From Trypanosoma brucei (Eukaryota), in the NCBI GenBank assembly GCA_000002445.1, contig CM000208.1, positions 448,001 through 512,000 of the forward strand: a stretch of 64,000 bases of DNA, in the 5' to 3' direction. This document shows positions 62,290-64,000 of this stretch, in pieces. The stretch's first letter is position 1; every line of letters starts with the position of its first letter. The translations under genes were made by a program, and so were the position numbers. The notes under the pieces were generated by a model that made no database searches, was not told the DNA's origin, and saw only the letters and a program-made list of their open reading frames with translations.

Positions 62290-64000
62290 TGTCGAACGGG
62301 TATAAGCGCGAGCGCTGGGATGAAGAAAGCGGTGACCACTACCACCAACATGCCGTCCGCTACAGTGATCTACCGCCCAATGTAAAACTCCAGAGGCGAC
62401 GGCAGGAGCGGCAGGAGAAGAAGGAGAAGGAGCGCACTCTCGCCTACTTCACATCGGTTCATCGTGCTCTTGAGGAGCAGTCAGCGGAGACTTTAGTTGC
62501 CTTCGTCGATGGGTTTTTCGTTGAGCTAATCAAACTTCTGCGTGCCGACACCTCGCTTCACCTACTTCGAAACGGTACCGTCTGCCGTACCATTGAAGCT
62601 GCTCTGGCCAGCTCACAATTGCTACACTGCAAGTCATTATTATACATACTTCTCGGCCACGTGTACGACCTTGCAGCCTCCCCAACGGCAAGTCGCACGC
62701 TAGAAGCAATAATTGCCAGCATTGTGCGAGGTGTTAGTGTATTTCGCAGAACCGACAGCAGCGCATTCTCAGCGGAGATGGAGGAGGGAGGTGCTTCCAG
62801 TAACGGTGTGCCCAGTGCGTCAACCCTCATAACGTGTGTTGTCGAAGAACTCGCGGAGCGAGCAGGAGAGGTGCTGCTACACGACGCTGCCGCGCGTGCC
62901 GTAAGGTCAATCATATTATTTCTTGGTGGTTTTTGGAACTCTACAGGCACTGCATCGTCCCTGCCACACGGTGTAAAATTCTACGCACAACTTGATACTC
63001 TTGGTACCGCCCTTATGTGTGTCGTTGAACCGACGTTTGGTGTTAGCTGCGGCGATGGAGTGGCGAATATTTGGCTTCAGGTGGCGAAAACTCCAACTGC
63101 AAGTTTCGTCGTTCAGAGTCTTCTTCGTGTGTGTGAACGAGAGACGAAACTGGATGCAAGTGTGCGACAACGCTTGGAGGTCATTCACAACGACGGTTCA
63201 CAGTTGTTGAGACAGCTTCTTATGGATCCGCTGGGTTGCCATCTTTTCCAAGCTTACTTAAGAGTCCCTGTACCAGCATCGGTGCTGAAGGATTACGATT
63301 CGTTCTCAAGCTACCAGTGCTCCGGAACTGCACCGACTTCGTCGGGAAGTGGAAAGCGTTTTATTAAAATGTTACGCGACGTTGCCGCCGAAGAACCCCC
63401 AAACCCCGATGAGTTGGCGCACGAAAAGACATGTTGGGACAAAGCCCTTGCGATTGTCGTCGAGGCCCTCGATGATTTGCTGGACCCAGCTGGCAGCTCC
63501 GTCGGTCATGCAGTTTTCGCCCTACAGGATCTTGTGCTCTTCGCCCCCACTGCCGTGCATTTGGAACGCGTGTGGGAGCAGCTCCTGGAGCGCATCGGTT
63601 TACGGACGCTCTTAGCGTCGCCGAAGTTAGTGCAGGTCCTGATCGTGTTCACTCGTAAGTGTGCCTTTTCGAACCCCTTGCCGACTGTGGTGGAGAGTGA
63701 AGATCGTTCAGCGGAAGCGGCGCCGTTGGAAGGCGGGTTTGTCGGAGATATGGTTCCTAAGGATGTGGAGCAGTCGATATACAATGACCTGTCGCAGGGT
63801 GTGAGGTACTTTCCTACCTCTACGGAATTTCAAAAAAAAGTCTTAACCGCATTGCTTCGGGTGGCACGTGAACTCTGCCCCAAAGGGGCTGCGCAATTCC
63901 TGTTGGTGGATGGTGGATTGCAGGACAAAGGTTTTGAATTGGCACGGTACATAATGCATTTTGTGCCGGCGGCTTCAGCTGTGTTCCTTCACGCAATCGA
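62290..64000 (+). CDS. Partial CDS (5' end, runs off window; 570+ codons). Possible Pumilio/PUF-like helical-repeat protein
   Basis: Not in the supplied ORF track because no stop lies in the window. The frame from ATG 62290 is open to position 64000. Recurrent helix motifs resemble Puf repeat cores (ASRTLEAII, TASFVVQSLL, LGCHLFQAYL, GHAVFALQDL). The family call is tentative. Confidence 0.5.

Overview
This window reads as a kinetoplastid (Trypanosoma, T. brucei-like) nuclear chromosome segment. The evidence is intron-less genes packed head-to-tail on one strand, a polypyrimidine tract plus AG just upstream of nearly every start ATG (trans-splice acceptor signature), moderate GC, frequent (TG)n/(CA)n/(AT)n microsatellites and G/C homopolymers, and gene content (class I HDAC, NBP35, Pol eta, calpain-like protein, mitochondrial-type topoisomerase IA with an MFRQ N-terminus). 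The provided ORF track uses GTG/TTG as starts; I re-trimmed those ORFs to the first in-frame ATG.

Layout, left to right:
- 1-4400: non-coding, with a + strand composition switch (CA-rich to GT-rich) and a G14 tract.
- 4401-16339: a + strand gene cluster of eight genes (HDAC, NBP35, hypothetical, DNA Pol eta, DEAD-box helicase, hypothetical, CID-like protein, hypothetical).
- 16340-18228: a possible convergent gap with no tRNA found.
- 18229-19164: one candidate minus-strand repeat protein.
- 19165-27124: a ~8 kb ORF-free region with mirror-image strand composition. Its centre holds a near-perfect ~850 bp inverted repeat (23439-24287 / 25447-26300, ~1.16 kb spacer).
- 27125-64000: a second + strand cluster: METTL2/6-like methyltransferase, RBX1, hypothetical, Q-SNARE, BNR/Asp-box protein, WD40 protein, several hypotheticals, a 1594-aa LRR+calpain-like protein, topoisomerase IA, a 1534-aa 2-TM/cyclase-homology/STE-kinase fusion, a predicted pseudokinase, an RNI-type LRR protein and a partial Pumilio-like ORF running off the window end.

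Most worth a second look:
- the inverted repeat sitting in a divergent-strand-switch-like region;
- the receptor-like pseudo-cyclase/kinase fusion;
- the minus-strand ~40-aa-repeat ORF;
- a perfect 16-bp hairpin at 57851-57904.

No prokaryotic features (CRISPR, operons, RBS) are present.
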